Virus record (IMG/VR): IMGVR_UViG_3300032243_000799 | Coordinates: 1-62,089 of that record | Length of the DNA: 62,089 bases | Direction: 5' to 3' (one strand) | Origin: a virus | Lineage: Duplodnaviria > Caudoviricetes | Shown here: piece after piece, positions 1 to 10,240 of the stretch | Layout: each line of letters opens with the position of its first letter | Position numbering within the stretch: position 1 is the stretch's first letter | Position numbers and translations under genes: made by a program | The notes under the pieces: generated by a model | The model's input: the letters and a program-made list of their open reading frames with translations, nothing else | The model's database searches: none | Told to the model about the DNA's origin: nothing

Positions 1-1634
1 AACATAGCAGGCACAGTATCTCCATCACCTTCTCCTGGCACATAACCACCACTAGCAAATCCTCTTACATATCCACCACTATTTTGTCTTCTCATACCGC
101 CAAAAAAACCACTACCAAAACGAGTAATAGCAGCAGCACCTTTAAAAGCGGCTATTGCAGTTAGTGCTGGTAGTACTGTTTTAGCAGAGTCTGCTAGTCT
201 GATTAATGCACTAGCCAAATCTAATGATAATTTAACAAACGTTTGAAATGTTGAACTTTCTCCTAAAGATCGTATAAGAGCATTGAATTCTTCTCTAACT
301 TTAGTTAGTCTATTAGCAACAGATAGTTGTGCTGTAGCAGCATCTTTACTTAATGAAGACTGACCTTCTTGGGCAACCTTCAACGCCTGTTGCGCTGTTG
401 CAAACTGTTGAATAAGAGGAATAACCTTACCAATCTGTCTAAAGCCACCAAGCTCTTCAACGATTTGTGAAAACTTTAGATCTCTAGGATCTAGTTTAGA
501 TAATCCTTCGCTTAGTCTTTTAACAGCCTCATAGGGACCAACGAACTTTCCTGATAAGTCAGTTAGAACAACGCCATAATCTTTTAGAGCATCTATTGTT
601 CCTCCTCTTTGAATTCTAGTAAAAATTGTTCTCAAACCAGTAGCAATTGTTTCTGCGCTTTCACGAGTTGTTGCTCTGACGCTAGTAAAAACAGCTATAA
701 ATTCATTTAAAGCGTCCTTGCCTTCGCTAACACCTTTGCTAGCAGCAGCAAACACACCGCCGGTACGTTGAATAGCGGTAATAATATCACCAGACTCAAC
801 AGCAAACTTTGCAGAAACAGCATTGATAGATCCTAGTGCTGCTTCCAAATCCCCAGCTTTAACCCCAAACTGTCTCATCAAAGCGATACTACCTTCAACA
901 GTATCATTTAAACTATCAAAGGATGGGGCCAGCGCACTGAGAGCCAAAGCTTTTAGGGCTTTCTCTGTTTCTTTAGCACTTAAACCAGCTTGCGCTAATG
1001 TGCTAGATACTTGTATTAAATCCTTAGAAGCAATACCCATACTTGTAGATAGTGTTGTTATTGTTCTCACTAAAGGAGCTAATTGAGATAAAGAAGAATC
1101 TGTAACCTGTGCTACTCTAACAAGTTCTTTATTGAAACCAATAAATTCTGAAGTTGCCGAGCTAATAGCATTAGTAAACTTGAATATTATACCAGTAACA
1201 GTAGCAAATGCGGCAAATCGTCTAACAGCAAGAGCTGACTGTCTACCAAAAGCTTCAAATCCTTGAGTCGCCTGATTAACGTTATTATTCGCACGGTTCA
1301 TTGCTGAACCAACATTATTTACGGCACTATTAACATTTCCAATATTTCTTGGTAAATTATTTACAGAAGTACTAAAATTAGTAGTATTTCTAGCTAGTGT
1401 TGATATAGCGTTTGAAGCTGCGGCAGCAGCAGTTTGTGTTTGAGTTAATGTAGCATTTAATCTGGTTATCGACTGTTGAAGATTAATAATGTCTCTATTG
1501 GCCCTAGGATCAACCCTAACACCAACATTGACATTAATACCAGTAAGTTGCCTTCTGATATTATTTATAATTGGACCAATATTATTTGGTCCTCTAAGAT
1601 TAAGTTCTGCTGTAAGATTAAAAGATCTTGACAT
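1..1634 (-). CDS. Tail tape measure protein, N-terminal part (runs off the left edge)
   Basis: Not in the ORF track; translated by hand from ATG 1634 (MSRSFNLTAELNLRG...). Ala/Ser-rich helical protein with TP901-type TMP segments (AGLSAKETEKAL, IATGLRTIFTRI) and FASGGYVPG near the edge; follows the tail tube genes. Confidence 0.9.
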   Translation of the reverse strand, partial: MSRSFNLTAELNLRGPNNIGPIINNIRRQLTGINVNVGVRVDPRANRDIINLQQSITRLNATLTQTQTAAAAASNAISTLARNTTNFSTSVNNLPRNIGNVNSAVNNVGSAMNRANNNVNQATQGFEAFGRQSALAVRRFAAFATVTGIIFKFTNAISSATSEFIGFNKELVRVAQVTDSSLSQLAPLVRTITTLSTSMGIASKDLIQVSSTLAQAGLSAKETEKALKALALSALAPSFDSLNDTVEGSIALMRQFGVKAGDLEAALGSINAVSAKFAVESGDIITAIQRTGGVFAAASKGVSEGKDALNEFIAVFTSVRATTRESAETIATGLRTIFTRIQRGGTIDALKDYGVVLTDLSGKFVGPYEAVKRLSEGLSKLDPRDLKFSQIVEELGGFRQIGKVIPLIQQFATAQQALKVAQEGQSSLSKDAATAQLSVANRLTKVREEFNALIRSLGESSTFQTFVKLSLDLASALIRLADSAKTVLPALTAIAAFKGAAAITRFGSGFFGGMRRQNSGGYVRGFASGGYVPGEGDGDTVPAM

Positions 1635-1724
1635 TATTTAGTCTCCAATATAAACACAAAGCCACACACATTTGTGGTGGCTAGGTGCTTACTATAATTT
1701 AATAAAACTTCTTTGTAGATACAA

Positions 1725-2588
1725 TTACTCTTTCTCTGAAGTTTCAGGCTTTGTTTCCTTTTCCTTAGTATCTTTAGTAGGTGTTGTTTCGTCTGAAAGC
1801 AAAATTGGTTTACCTTCATCGTCCAAGAATGGTTGTGATTCAAAAAGATATTCTCCTGTTGTATCTACCCTGTTACCATCTTTATCAATAAAATTACCTT
1901 GTTCATCAATGAATCTGTTCGCTTCATCAATAAGTCTACCTTCCTCATCAACAAGTCTTCCTTTTTTATCAATTAAACGCAGCTTATCATCAACAAACTT
2001 ATACTTATGTAAGAATTTATTTTCTGGTAAATTCTTTTCAAAGTTATTATCTAAACCATATATCATATTAGCCAAATTTTGAGCCCCAAGTAGGGACACC
2101 GGATCATCAGCCTTATTTAAATAGTCTTCTAAACTTTTAAAGTATTTTGTATCAGTATCTTTATACACCACGCAAGCTGATACTAAATAATTAAACCTAG
2201 CATTATCTGCCTGACCTTCTGCGCTATGATTATCTAATGATGTTCTAACGCCAATAAGATCTCTGATCTTTCTTCGTGTTTCTTGCATAGCCAGAGCTAA
2301 TCTTTTGGCCTCATTTATACCGAAACCGCCCTTTGCTAGTCTTTTTTCTCCATCTATTAATTCTTTTTGCAGGGTTGCGAACTCTGCTTGTTTGTTGTCG
2401 TCCCATAAGCCCTGATCTCTTAATAAGTCATCAAGCTTTGCCCTAACAACGCTCTTACTTTTGATAGCATCAGTAAAAGCCTGATTGTATACCTTTTGGG
2501 CCTCTCTTTGATCATTTAGAGAAGGTGACTTAACTGTGAATCCAACTTCTTTACTATCTATTGTTGTGGTGAAATCTCTAGTATTCAT
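1725..2588 (-). CDS. Probable tail assembly chaperone with C-terminal xxDxxG repeats
   Basis: 287 aa ORF directly upstream of the tape measure gene; function inferred from position. Confidence 0.55.
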   Translation of the reverse strand: MNTRDFTTTIDSKEVGFTVKSPSLNDQREAQKVYNQAFTDAIKSKSVVRAKLDDLLRDQGLWDDNKQAEFATLQKELIDGEKRLAKGGFGINEAKRLALAMQETRRKIRDLIGVRTSLDNHSAEGQADNARFNYLVSACVVYKDTDTKYFKSLEDYLNKADDPVSLLGAQNLANMIYGLDNNFEKNLPENKFLHKYKFVDDKLRLIDKKGRLVDEEGRLIDEANRFIDEQGNFIDKDGNRVDTTGEYLFESQPFLDDEGKPILLSDETTPTKDTKEKETKPETSEKE

Positions 2589-2591
2589 AAT

Positions 2592-2903
2592 TTACTCCTG
2601 ATCTTTCTGGTGGTTATTTACATTAAACTTATAATTATATCTAACTTGTGGTTTATCTGATACAAGTTTTGCTATCTCATTTTGTAGTCCTCTTATCTGT
2701 TGATTACCGTGATTAAGAATATTATTCCTAACATCCTGCCACATGTTTTCGAAATGAATCTCTTTATCTGTTAATTGTTCTTCAAAATTTTTATGCTGTC
2801 CCCATAAATATCCAAAAACATTTTCAAATCTTGATAATGCTCCTATCATTGTTGTTTCTAGTTTTTTTGTTGCTGTTTGTATTATTAGGTCATTATTATT
2901 CAT
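2592..2903 (-). CDS. Hypothetical tail-region protein
   Basis: ORF re-started at MNNNDL (AAGGA upstream of ATG 2903). Confidence 0.6.
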   Translation of the reverse strand: MNNNDLIIQTATKKLETTMIGALSRFENVFGYLWGQHKNFEEQLTDKEIHFENMWQDVRNNILNHGNQQIRGLQNEIAKLVSDKPQVRYNYKFNVNNHQKDQE

Positions 2904-2919
2904 GATATATCCTTTTAAA

Positions 2920-3951
2920 TTATCTTCTACTATTTGCTCTTTGTAGAAGCTCTGATCGAACATCTGGTAAGTTTATTTCGTCTATTTCTTGTGTCTGTTT
3001 AATGACTGACTGTCTTTGTTTTACAATTCTATTTGATTCATAAGAATTAAGAGAGTATATATCTTCAACGTCCTCTTTTTCTCCAACTATAAATATTTCT
3101 TTAGCGTCTCCATGTTTGGATAAAATATCATTGGCTTTATTCTCTTTTGATGCTGCTTCAGATTTACGTTTTTGATAAATCATCCATCCTTCAAGCATAT
3201 CATCATCATTTATCACTGTTTCATCAGGAGCTTCGTGATGCTCATATACTCTATCATACATTGAGCTAATATTTAGTAAGCTTTTTTGTTCGTCTGTCAA
3301 TTCAACTGATGGTTTATTAAATATATTATTTTTATTACTATTCCAAATTGTTCTCCAGCTTTCATGTCGAGCTATCTTCTTATATTGTTCCATTGTTATA
3401 GAATAATTAGATATTTCGTTAATAATTGAACTATAAAAAGTACTATCTATTGAATTAACGTCGTTCTCAAATACTAATTGATTTGAGTCATAATATTTGA
3501 TAGTATTAATAAATATAAAATCACTTTTTTTAGTAGAAGCAGCATCTTCTAATGTTATGTAATCTAGTGAGTGTTTTCTTAGTAAAAGTTTATTTATAGA
3601 TTCTTTTATTTCTTTAATATTATCTTTGTAAGACTCTTTTTTTTGTTTATTTAGTCTGTGTTTATAGAGGTTTAATTTAGTATTTTCTAATTTTTTTTCC
3701 GTTTCACTTAACAAGTTATCATCCTCTGAATCCCATAGATTAAGTTTCTGTAAAATAATATTTAAATTATCTTTTCTAATAAATGGCTCAAATAAGTTTT
3801 CTTCTATAAATTGCTCATATAATAGTTCAGCCTCGTATTTAATAACTAAAGATGCGCTATCAACATAGTATCTACAATTATTAAAGATAAAAAATAGTTT
3901 TCCTAAACTTATTCTTTGTATAAGTAAAGAAATATTATCATGGTTGAACAT
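2920..3951 (-). CDS. Hypothetical protein, possibly tail assembly
   Basis: 343 aa ORF in the tail operon. Confidence 0.6.
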   Translation of the reverse strand: MFNHDNISLLIQRISLGKLFFIFNNCRYYVDSASLVIKYEAELLYEQFIEENLFEPFIRKDNLNIILQKLNLWDSEDDNLLSETEKKLENTKLNLYKHRLNKQKKESYKDNIKEIKESINKLLLRKHSLDYITLEDAASTKKSDFIFINTIKYYDSNQLVFENDVNSIDSTFYSSIINEISNYSITMEQYKKIARHESWRTIWNSNKNNIFNKPSVELTDEQKSLLNISSMYDRVYEHHEAPDETVINDDDMLEGWMIYQKRKSEAASKENKANDILSKHGDAKEIFIVGEKEDVEDIYSLNSYESNRIVKQRQSVIKQTQEIDEINLPDVRSELLQRANSRR

Positions 3952-3967
3952 TAATCATCTTAAAATC

Positions 3968-4093
3968 CTACTGATTGTCCGTTGTTCTATCTTTTTCTTG
4001 TATCTTTTTTTGTAGAGCTTCTATGATTCTTTGAGCATTAACAATATCTACATATAGTTTTCCTATTAAGCTAAATAAAGCTTCCTGATCCAT
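3968..4093 (-). CDS. Small coiled-coil protein (41 aa, MDQEALFSLIGKLY...)
   Basis: Strong AGGAGG SD before ATG 4093; fills the gap between larger genes. Confidence 0.6.
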   Translation of the reverse strand: MDQEALFSLIGKLYVDIVNAQRIIEALQKKIQEKDRTTDNQ

Positions 4094-4130
4094 TCTGTCC
4101 TCCTGTTTAATCTTTTAAAAATCGTCTTAT

Positions 4131-5207
4131 TCACACACCGCTAACTACTAGATAATTAAATGTCTGGAAGTTATATGTGACGGTAGCATTACCACCACCA
4201 GTATCTCCACCAGCATAATTTACTGAAGTTAGTTTATTCTTTGGCCCAACATCTATCATATAAGCAACTGATCCATCGGCCTTATTTGTATCACAAATAT
4301 ATGCTTTGAGAGTACCATCATAAAGATTACCACTAGCAGCAGCTGAACAACCAGTAGCTGTTGCAAAGTCATCAGCGTCAACGTTATCGCCTTGGGTTGC
4401 TGTGAGCTGAATTTCTGATGTTACCTCTACTGGGAAGTTAATATATCTGTAGTATGGTGATCTGCGACCAAGTTCGCTTATCGACTCTCTGCCAAGATTA
4501 CAAGTAATATTTATGCTATTAAGATGAATACCACTAGCAGCGGTTAACGTACTCATAGCAACACCACCAGAACTTGCTACTCCAGCAGCTTGTTTTGGAA
4601 TCGTTGTAAGGTCAGACAGCGCCCATCTTTTTGTAATTCTTTTTGATTCTGCAACACTAGCCTGACCAGCACCTAATATACCGCTATTAAAACTAGTAAT
4701 ACCACTACCTGTTGTCATTCCCCACTTTTTATGATTGCCAACAAGAGTAACGTCTTCTGAGAAATTACCATCACTTGTTAATTTATAGCTAACACTAGAA
4801 ACATACATACCTGTGCAAACAACATAATAAGATGCTGCTCCGCTTGCAAATGACTTAGTATCATCCCAAATACCAAGAGCAAGGTCACATCTACGATCAG
4901 CAATATTTGTTAAACTAAGATTATTACCGTCTGCAGCACTACCGTCATTAACAGCATTATAAATACATCGAGTTCCATCAAGAGCTTTGCTTAATGTTAC
5001 TTCAACATTTGGTACTTCTTCAACGTTATCATATAATTCTAGCTGACCAAGCTGATAAATTTGTTGTAGCTGAAAATTGGTTGTTAAACCAACGCTCTGA
5101 ATGCCTCTGAGAACTCTTTCTGATCCATATGTTGTTGTGCCATCTGTAGTTTTACTTGGCTTTACTTTTACTGCTTGAACAGCGTAAAAAATACGATTAT
5201 TGGCCAT
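4131..5207 (-). CDS. Major tail (tube) protein
   Basis: 358 aa, beta-rich, Gly/Ser/Thr-rich with two similar halves (IYQLGQ / ISELGR); lies between the neck genes and the chaperone/TMP genes. Confidence 0.7.
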   Translation of the reverse strand: MANNRIFYAVQAVKVKPSKTTDGTTTYGSERVLRGIQSVGLTTNFQLQQIYQLGQLELYDNVEEVPNVEVTLSKALDGTRCIYNAVNDGSAADGNNLSLTNIADRRCDLALGIWDDTKSFASGAASYYVVCTGMYVSSVSYKLTSDGNFSEDVTLVGNHKKWGMTTGSGITSFNSGILGAGQASVAESKRITKRWALSDLTTIPKQAAGVASSGGVAMSTLTAASGIHLNSINITCNLGRESISELGRRSPYYRYINFPVEVTSEIQLTATQGDNVDADDFATATGCSAAASGNLYDGTLKAYICDTNKADGSVAYMIDVGPKNKLTSVNYAGGDTGGGNATVTYNFQTFNYLVVSGV

Positions 5208-5231
5208 AATGATATTCCCTTTAAAATAGAA

Positions 5232-6188
5232 TTAAACTATAAGTTCGGATGTTAATCTAATCATACACCAAAATAAATTTGAAGTTGGATTTTTTTGAAT
5301 ATCCATAAAGGATATATTCTTTAACCAAATTTTATTCCAATGATAGTTAGTATTTTGTGCTAATTGGCCATAATTTAATCCGTTAATATTTTTTGACCCA
5401 TCAGCATTTAGTCCATATAATCCAGACTCAATAATTTTTTGATAATCGTATAGAATTAAAACTTTATCTTGTTGTAGTCTAATTATATCCATTATTGTGT
5501 TACAGTCGTTGATGTTTTCAGCATAAATATGCAGCAGGATATCTTGATCTCTGTATGAAACTAAAGAACCTAATTCATATGGGGTTGTTTTGTTCCTGCT
5601 GGTTGTTTCTATAACTATTGCTGGTAATTGAAGTCTATTATTAGATAAAATTTCATTATATTGGGCAGTAGAGTCTGGTTGAAATGTTAGTTGTTGGAGT
5701 TTTTTCCATAGATTTATATTGCTAGATATTTTACTAACTTGACACCATCTATAGCCATAAGATAGTTCAACTTTAGAGTTTGATGATATACCACTATTAA
5801 ATAAAATTTGACCATTCTCATAATCTAATTTATATGGTAGTGTTGAATTGCCTGTTGGGGCTGGATATAAAGTATTGTTTACATAAACCCCACTAATATT
5901 AATAGGGCTAGTGTTTTTATATACTATATTTGATTCCCAAACCCAATCTTTTCTAGGAGCTTGCCATACTGAGTTCTGTGGTCTTGATGGATCTTGAACA
6001 GGTTTGCAGGAACTGAAAGAAGATCCATACAATCCACTGGTTGGAACATTAACATTAACAAATCCACCAATATTCAAAAAACCAGAATCCAAAAACCCTT
6101 TTATACTCTCTTCTGCTGAGCTAATATAAAAATTATCTCTTAATGTATTAACACCATAGAATCTGGATGGGTCTTGATTACATATCAT
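5232..6188 (-). CDS. Tail terminator/neck protein (putative)
   Basis: Position upstream of the tail tube; LPAIVIE motif typical of tail completion proteins. Confidence 0.5.
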   Translation of the reverse strand: MICNQDPSRFYGVNTLRDNFYISSAEESIKGFLDSGFLNIGGFVNVNVPTSGLYGSSFSSCKPVQDPSRPQNSVWQAPRKDWVWESNIVYKNTSPINISGVYVNNTLYPAPTGNSTLPYKLDYENGQILFNSGISSNSKVELSYGYRWCQVSKISSNINLWKKLQQLTFQPDSTAQYNEILSNNRLQLPAIVIETTSRNKTTPYELGSLVSYRDQDILLHIYAENINDCNTIMDIIRLQQDKVLILYDYQKIIESGLYGLNADGSKNINGLNYGQLAQNTNYHWNKIWLKNISFMDIQKNPTSNLFWCMIRLTSELIV

Positions 6189-6829
6189 ATGTATTTCTCT
6201 ATTTCTTGTTGAATAGCTTTTTGAATAACACTATCCTCAATTCTTTCTATTCCTCTTGTAAACCAGTTATTAGATTGTGTTCCAACAAATGATGATGGCA
6301 CAGACCAATTTGTTAATGATTTTACCATGATAGCATTTCCTGTTCTTGAATTTCTACTTGGCCCAAGTTTAACCTCAAAATTCTTAACAATAGGACTTCC
6401 TCCTTCTAATAATAACCAGCGCAGCCAAGGCAAGGAATAGCCTTTACTATCATTTACAGATGCTATATCGGTCGCTATTAAACCATCTATGTCTTTGAGT
6501 CCAAGAGCCTGAATTTTTAAACCACCCCTTACGCCTCTGCTATTGAATGTTACTGGATTATATACTACCTCAACAGCTCCAGCCGCCGCATCAACAACCT
6601 TGTCTACAAAACTTGTGTCAGGTATTCCAAATTCGTAAAGTAATCGACCACTTTTTAATGACGAGTATTCTGGTTCTTGTCTTAAAGATTCTCCAATAAT
6701 TTGAGACACATTATTTTTTACGCTATTAATACTATTACGAACAGATTGATCGACATGGATAGATATTTCTTTTAATATAGCATCTCTAATAGACTTATCA
6801 TTATCGAGAAGATTTATGCTAAATTGCAT
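6185..6829 (-). CDS. Neck/tail completion protein (putative)
   Basis: 214 aa; WLLLEG motif and gene position. Confidence 0.5.
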   Translation of the reverse strand: MQFSINLLDNDKSIRDAILKEISIHVDQSVRNSINSVKNNVSQIIGESLRQEPEYSSLKSGRLLYEFGIPDTSFVDKVVDAAAGAVEVVYNPVTFNSRGVRGGLKIQALGLKDIDGLIATDIASVNDSKGYSLPWLRWLLLEGGSPIVKNFEVKLGPSRNSRTGNAIMVKSLTNWSVPSSFVGTQSNNWFTRGIERIEDSVIQKAIQQEIEKYI

Positions 6830-6830
6830 A

Positions 6831-7355
6831 TTATTTAGTCCAATTAGTTAGTATATAGTTATGGTCGCCAAGACCCATTAAAGTAGGAGCATCGGCTTTG
6901 GAATACTTCGTAGAATCATAGTTTATATTTTCTAGTAAAACCATATGAGTAGCATTATTAATTTTAGGCAACAAGTCTATTTTGCATAAAGTTTGAGCAG
7001 CTAAATTTGGTATTTGTGTGGATATTGATCCCCAATTTAGCCAGTACTTACTATCTAAAATAACCGCTATATTTACTACCTCTGTAGTTTCTCCAAGTTT
7101 TTTTCCAATCCCCATACATACTGGACATATACTCTGATCTGCAAAAGGAATATTTCCTGTTATAGTATTATATCTACCAGACGATCTATCTAATATAGGA
7201 TCGTATATACAGTTATAGCAAATTGTGTATTTGGTTGTGTCGTATTCTAAACGACAGTCTACTGTTAGAGAACCTTTTTCTAGTAAGCTATCTATAGCGT
7301 TGTTAAAAATTTGTTTAAATGAATTATTTATTAATCCAGAAAATTGATTATTCAT
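6831..7355 (-). CDS. Head closure protein (putative) with CxxC...CPxCxGxG zinc motif
   Basis: CYNC and CPVCMGIG motifs; position in the neck cluster. Confidence 0.5.
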   Translation of the reverse strand: MNNQFSGLINNSFKQIFNNAIDSLLEKGSLTVDCRLEYDTTKYTICYNCIYDPILDRSSGRYNTITGNIPFADQSICPVCMGIGKKLGETTEVVNIAVILDSKYWLNWGSISTQIPNLAAQTLCKIDLLPKINNATHMVLLENINYDSTKYSKADAPTLMGLGDHNYILTNWTK

Positions 7356-7356
7356 A

Positions 7357-7647
7357 TTAAAAACTTTCTAAACTAATTTTTTTCCACAAATTATTTGATA
7401 CACAAATATATAAATGGTTCGAATCCCATCTAATTTCTCCAGCAAGCCCATACGATCTGGAAGATGTTGGTGGACCATTTGGAGTTATCAGTGTAGCATT
7501 AGGGTTAGATGACGGACTAACAATTGAAATATCTGGAATACTATTTATCAAAACTCTGTTTGTTGATATAGCGTCTTTGCTAGAATCACTTTTGGTGATA
7601 GCAATAGTATTTGGTTGATTATTAATAATTAGTACTGGACTTGCCAT
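7357..7647 (-). CDS. Small virion/fibre-associated protein
   Basis: C-terminal GxAGEIRWDSNHLYICVxxNxWKK segment, common in phage fibre proteins. Confidence 0.5.
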   Translation of the reverse strand: MASPVLIINNQPNTIAITKSDSSKDAISTNRVLINSIPDISIVSPSSNPNATLITPNGPPTSSRSYGLAGEIRWDSNHLYICVSNNLWKKISLESF

Positions 7648-8048
7648 AAATATTCATCAAATGGTTCTGGATTTGGTATATTGCCACTAACAATAGATAT
7701 TGACCCTTTTAATAGTTTAATAATTTGCTGTCCTGCTCCTAGATACAGTTCGTTTGGCGCTTTAAGATCTAAATCGTATACAGCATTAGTAAAAGAAAAG
7801 TTGTCTATAGTAGATAATGGTAGTCTAAGAATAATTTTTCCTAGTTCTGGAATAATAGTAAAACTATAAGAACTATTTGTAGTATCTGTAAAATATGTTA
7901 TAACTGAATCTGAATTTGATGGTTTTATACTTAACCTAGCTTTCCAATTTGTTAGGTTAATAACAGATTCGCTAGAGTCCCTATAATCAAAAGAAATGTA
8001 AAAAGATGCTCCTTTATCTATAGAAAAATTATAGTCTGGTGCTGGCAT
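7629..8048 (-). CDS. BppU-like fibre adaptor, paralog of 13753-14154
   Basis: YNFSIDKGASF...INLTNWKARL...AVYDLDL...LLKGSI aligns by eye with the 13753-14154 protein. Confidence 0.55.
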   Translation of the reverse strand: MPAPDYNFSIDKGASFYISFDYRDSSESVINLTNWKARLSIKPSNSDSVITYFTDTTNSSYSFTIIPELGKIILRLPLSTIDNFSFTNAVYDLDLKAPNELYLGAGQQIIKLLKGSISIVSGNIPNPEPFDEYLWQVQY

Positions 8049-8060
8049 AAAAATCTATCC

Positions 8061-8579
8061 TTATGAATAAAAGGTTCTATCTCTAGGATCTGAATAGTAT
8101 CTAAGACTTCGTGGATCAAATTTATTACCAACGAATGGACTAAGAATTGCTCTAACGGCACTAGCATTTTGTATATCCCAATTATTTGAAAGTTCCGTAT
8201 ATGAAGCACATGGACCGCTATCTAGTAACATTCTTATACCAACCATACTTCCTGCAACACTCAAATTAGCTGGCCCTAAAGCAGCTCTTATTCCTTCCAT
8301 AGCAGCTTTGGTTCTTAAAGTGCTTTGGTCAACCAAACAGGCCGATTTCAAGCTTACTAAACTAATAAATAGGTCATCATTCGCATCCACTGGGTCTGGA
8401 GTAATAGTTAATCCAACGGGATCTATTATATAGTTATTATCTAGATTAACATCCCATTGAACATATTTTGCGGCAACCACTACCATCTGAGTAATTCTTT
8501 CATCACTATATGTTGGGTTGGCATCCCAGTCATTTATCAATGTTCTCACAATAATTGGTATTTCAATTTGCCAGCTCAT
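8061..8579 (-). CDS. Head-tail adaptor (putative)
   Basis: IVRTLIND...YSDERI N-terminus typical of gp6/gp15-like adaptors; gene position. Confidence 0.55.
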   Translation of the reverse strand: MSWQIEIPIIVRTLINDWDANPTYSDERITQMVVVAAKYVQWDVNLDNNYIIDPVGLTITPDPVDANDDLFISLVSLKSACLVDQSTLRTKAAMEGIRAALGPANLSVAGSMVGIRMLLDSGPCASYTELSNNWDIQNASAVRAILSPFVGNKFDPRSLRYYSDPRDRTFYS

Positions 8580-8649
8580 AATACGGCCTTTTAAAAAAGG
8601 TAGAGTGTCTCTGAGTTAGAATACACCTAAATGAGAAAATATAAATCGT

Positions 8650-8973
8650 TCAATTTATAGTATCAATATTAGTTGGGATTATCAAAGAAACTGCTTCTTC
8701 CCAAGGAATAACTTCTATATCTTGTAATAAATTTTGTTCTTTTGCTGCTAACCACATGTTATGTAATAAGCCGCCATTCGTCACCTCTGTAAGAATATCT
8801 CCACATAACATCAATCGACCATCTGTAAGCATGATCGGCTCTGGAACCAAATTATTGGAACCGTACTGAGCGTGAAGCTCTGCCAGACATTGAGCGAGGG
8901 GTGGCGAGAACACGAGCGCCAACTGTTGGCTATCGTTATAAGAGATCGGGAGTGTGAGGTCGGAGAGTGTCAT
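8650..8973 (-). CDS. Hypothetical protein (107 aa, MTLSDLTLP...)
   Basis: ATG 8973 overlaps the TGA of the upstream gene (ATGA coupling). Confidence 0.65.
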   Translation of the reverse strand: MTLSDLTLPISYNDSQQLALVFSPPLAQCLAELHAQYGSNNLVPEPIMLTDGRLMLCGDILTEVTNGGLLHNMWLAAKEQNLLQDIEVIPWEEAVSLIIPTNIDTIN

Positions 8974-9833
8974 GCGGGGATTCCTAGTTGGATGTCCGCC
9001 ACAAGTTTCTGAATCCTCGACTCTAGCGTTGCCAACGGCAACGCACTGCCAACGGAATACCACGCCAGCCGAGCATCGCAGAGATTTTCGGCCGATCCTC
9101 CACCACTGCGAGCAAAGACGTAGGTGGGCACATTCAGTACCGCAGGCGTCTCGGACGCTGTCGCGCTTAGTGAATCACGCGACCTGATTCGCGCCGTGTA
9201 GAGGTTGTTCGATGATCGCGTGGCCCCGAAAAAACCAGAATACGGGATCGTTGATCCTGTGATTGCAACCGACGTGCTGCTGCGCATTCGCGTATTGTGC
9301 GTCGATGTCGATCCGCTGTAGATCAGGTTTGTCGCTCCGGCGGCGGAGCTGCTGTTCCCCATGTACAGCACGTTGCCGCCAGAAACCGCGGACGATATCC
9401 ACACGGCCATGTGGTAACTATTCAGCGCGTCTTCAAGCGGGAGCCTGTTGGTACTCAGGTATTTCGTCAATTGGTTTCCTATGAGTCCCGTCCTCCGGTT
9501 GTAATCCCCGCTGACAAAGTTGAAGTTTGTCGGCGCAACACCCGTGAGCGGGACCAATATGCCAGACAACGTTCTGGCACCAATGAGGATGCAGGAGGCT
9601 TTGATGGCATTCCAGATGCCGTCGTTTTTGCAGCCGACCACAAGCGCATTGACCGCGAGCCGCACGCCAAGTTCCAGCCGCGACTTGTCGGCGGCTTCTA
9701 CGGCCCTGAGATACCGCAGCGCGTCGGCATCGTAGGCGTAGGCGTCGATCATCTCCGCCGATGTCGGCATACCCAGCAGCGGCGAAGGCATCAGTGGCGG
9801 CGCGTAACCGCTGGTCAGGATGCCGTCGTTCAC
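8970..9833 (-). CDS. Putative lectin-like virion protein (GC-rich island)
   Basis: 287 aa; YDADALRYLRAVEAAD N-terminus and beta-rich C-terminus; ATGA-coupled on both sides. Confidence 0.55.
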   Translation of the reverse strand: MNDGILTSGYAPPLMPSPLLGMPTSAEMIDAYAYDADALRYLRAVEAADKSRLELGVRLAVNALVVGCKNDGIWNAIKASCILIGARTLSGILVPLTGVAPTNFNFVSGDYNRRTGLIGNQLTKYLSTNRLPLEDALNSYHMAVWISSAVSGGNVLYMGNSSSAAGATNLIYSGSTSTHNTRMRSSTSVAITGSTIPYSGFFGATRSSNNLYTARIRSRDSLSATASETPAVLNVPTYVFARSGGGSAENLCDARLAWYSVGSALPLATLESRIQKLVADIQLGIPA

Positions 9834-10213
9834 AGATCAGCTCCAAGGGCGATTACGTCGATGGACTCAGCGTTGTGGGTTGACACCACAATCGACCACG
9901 ACGCCGACGGCAAGATGAGATTGTTGTAGGTCGTAGACACGCGAGTGCCCTGCACCGACGCACTCACAGTCGCTGCCGCGATGCTGTACTCGTCTAGAAG
10001 CCGATACGTGGTGCCGTCGTAGAGAAACACACGCACCATTCCGGCCGTTGTCGTCACGCGCGCTTTGACGATAATCTCGGCAACTCGCGTTCCGGTCGAT
10101 GCCCCGACTATCAGCGTGGCGACGGTTCCAGATCCGTCGCGGTTGGTGTTCGCGGTGGCGACGTTGGTGGCGCCGATACGCGGCGTGACGGCGAATACTG
10201 GTGAAATAGCCAT
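9830..10213 (-). CDS. Putative virion decoration protein (GC-rich island)
   Basis: 127 aa Thr/Ala/Val-rich beta protein; AGGAG SD. Confidence 0.6.
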   Translation of the reverse strand: MAISPVFAVTPRIGATNVATANTNRDGSGTVATLIVGASTGTRVAEIIVKARVTTTAGMVRVFLYDGTTYRLLDEYSIAAATVSASVQGTRVSTTYNNLILPSASWSIVVSTHNAESIDVIALGADL

Positions 10214-10240
10214 AAAAAACTCCTACTTAAAAAGAAATAA

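Noticed and set aside
1725-3951. Programmed frameshift between tail chaperone ORFs
   Set aside because: Each ORF has its own start and SD; no convincing slippery site at the junctions.
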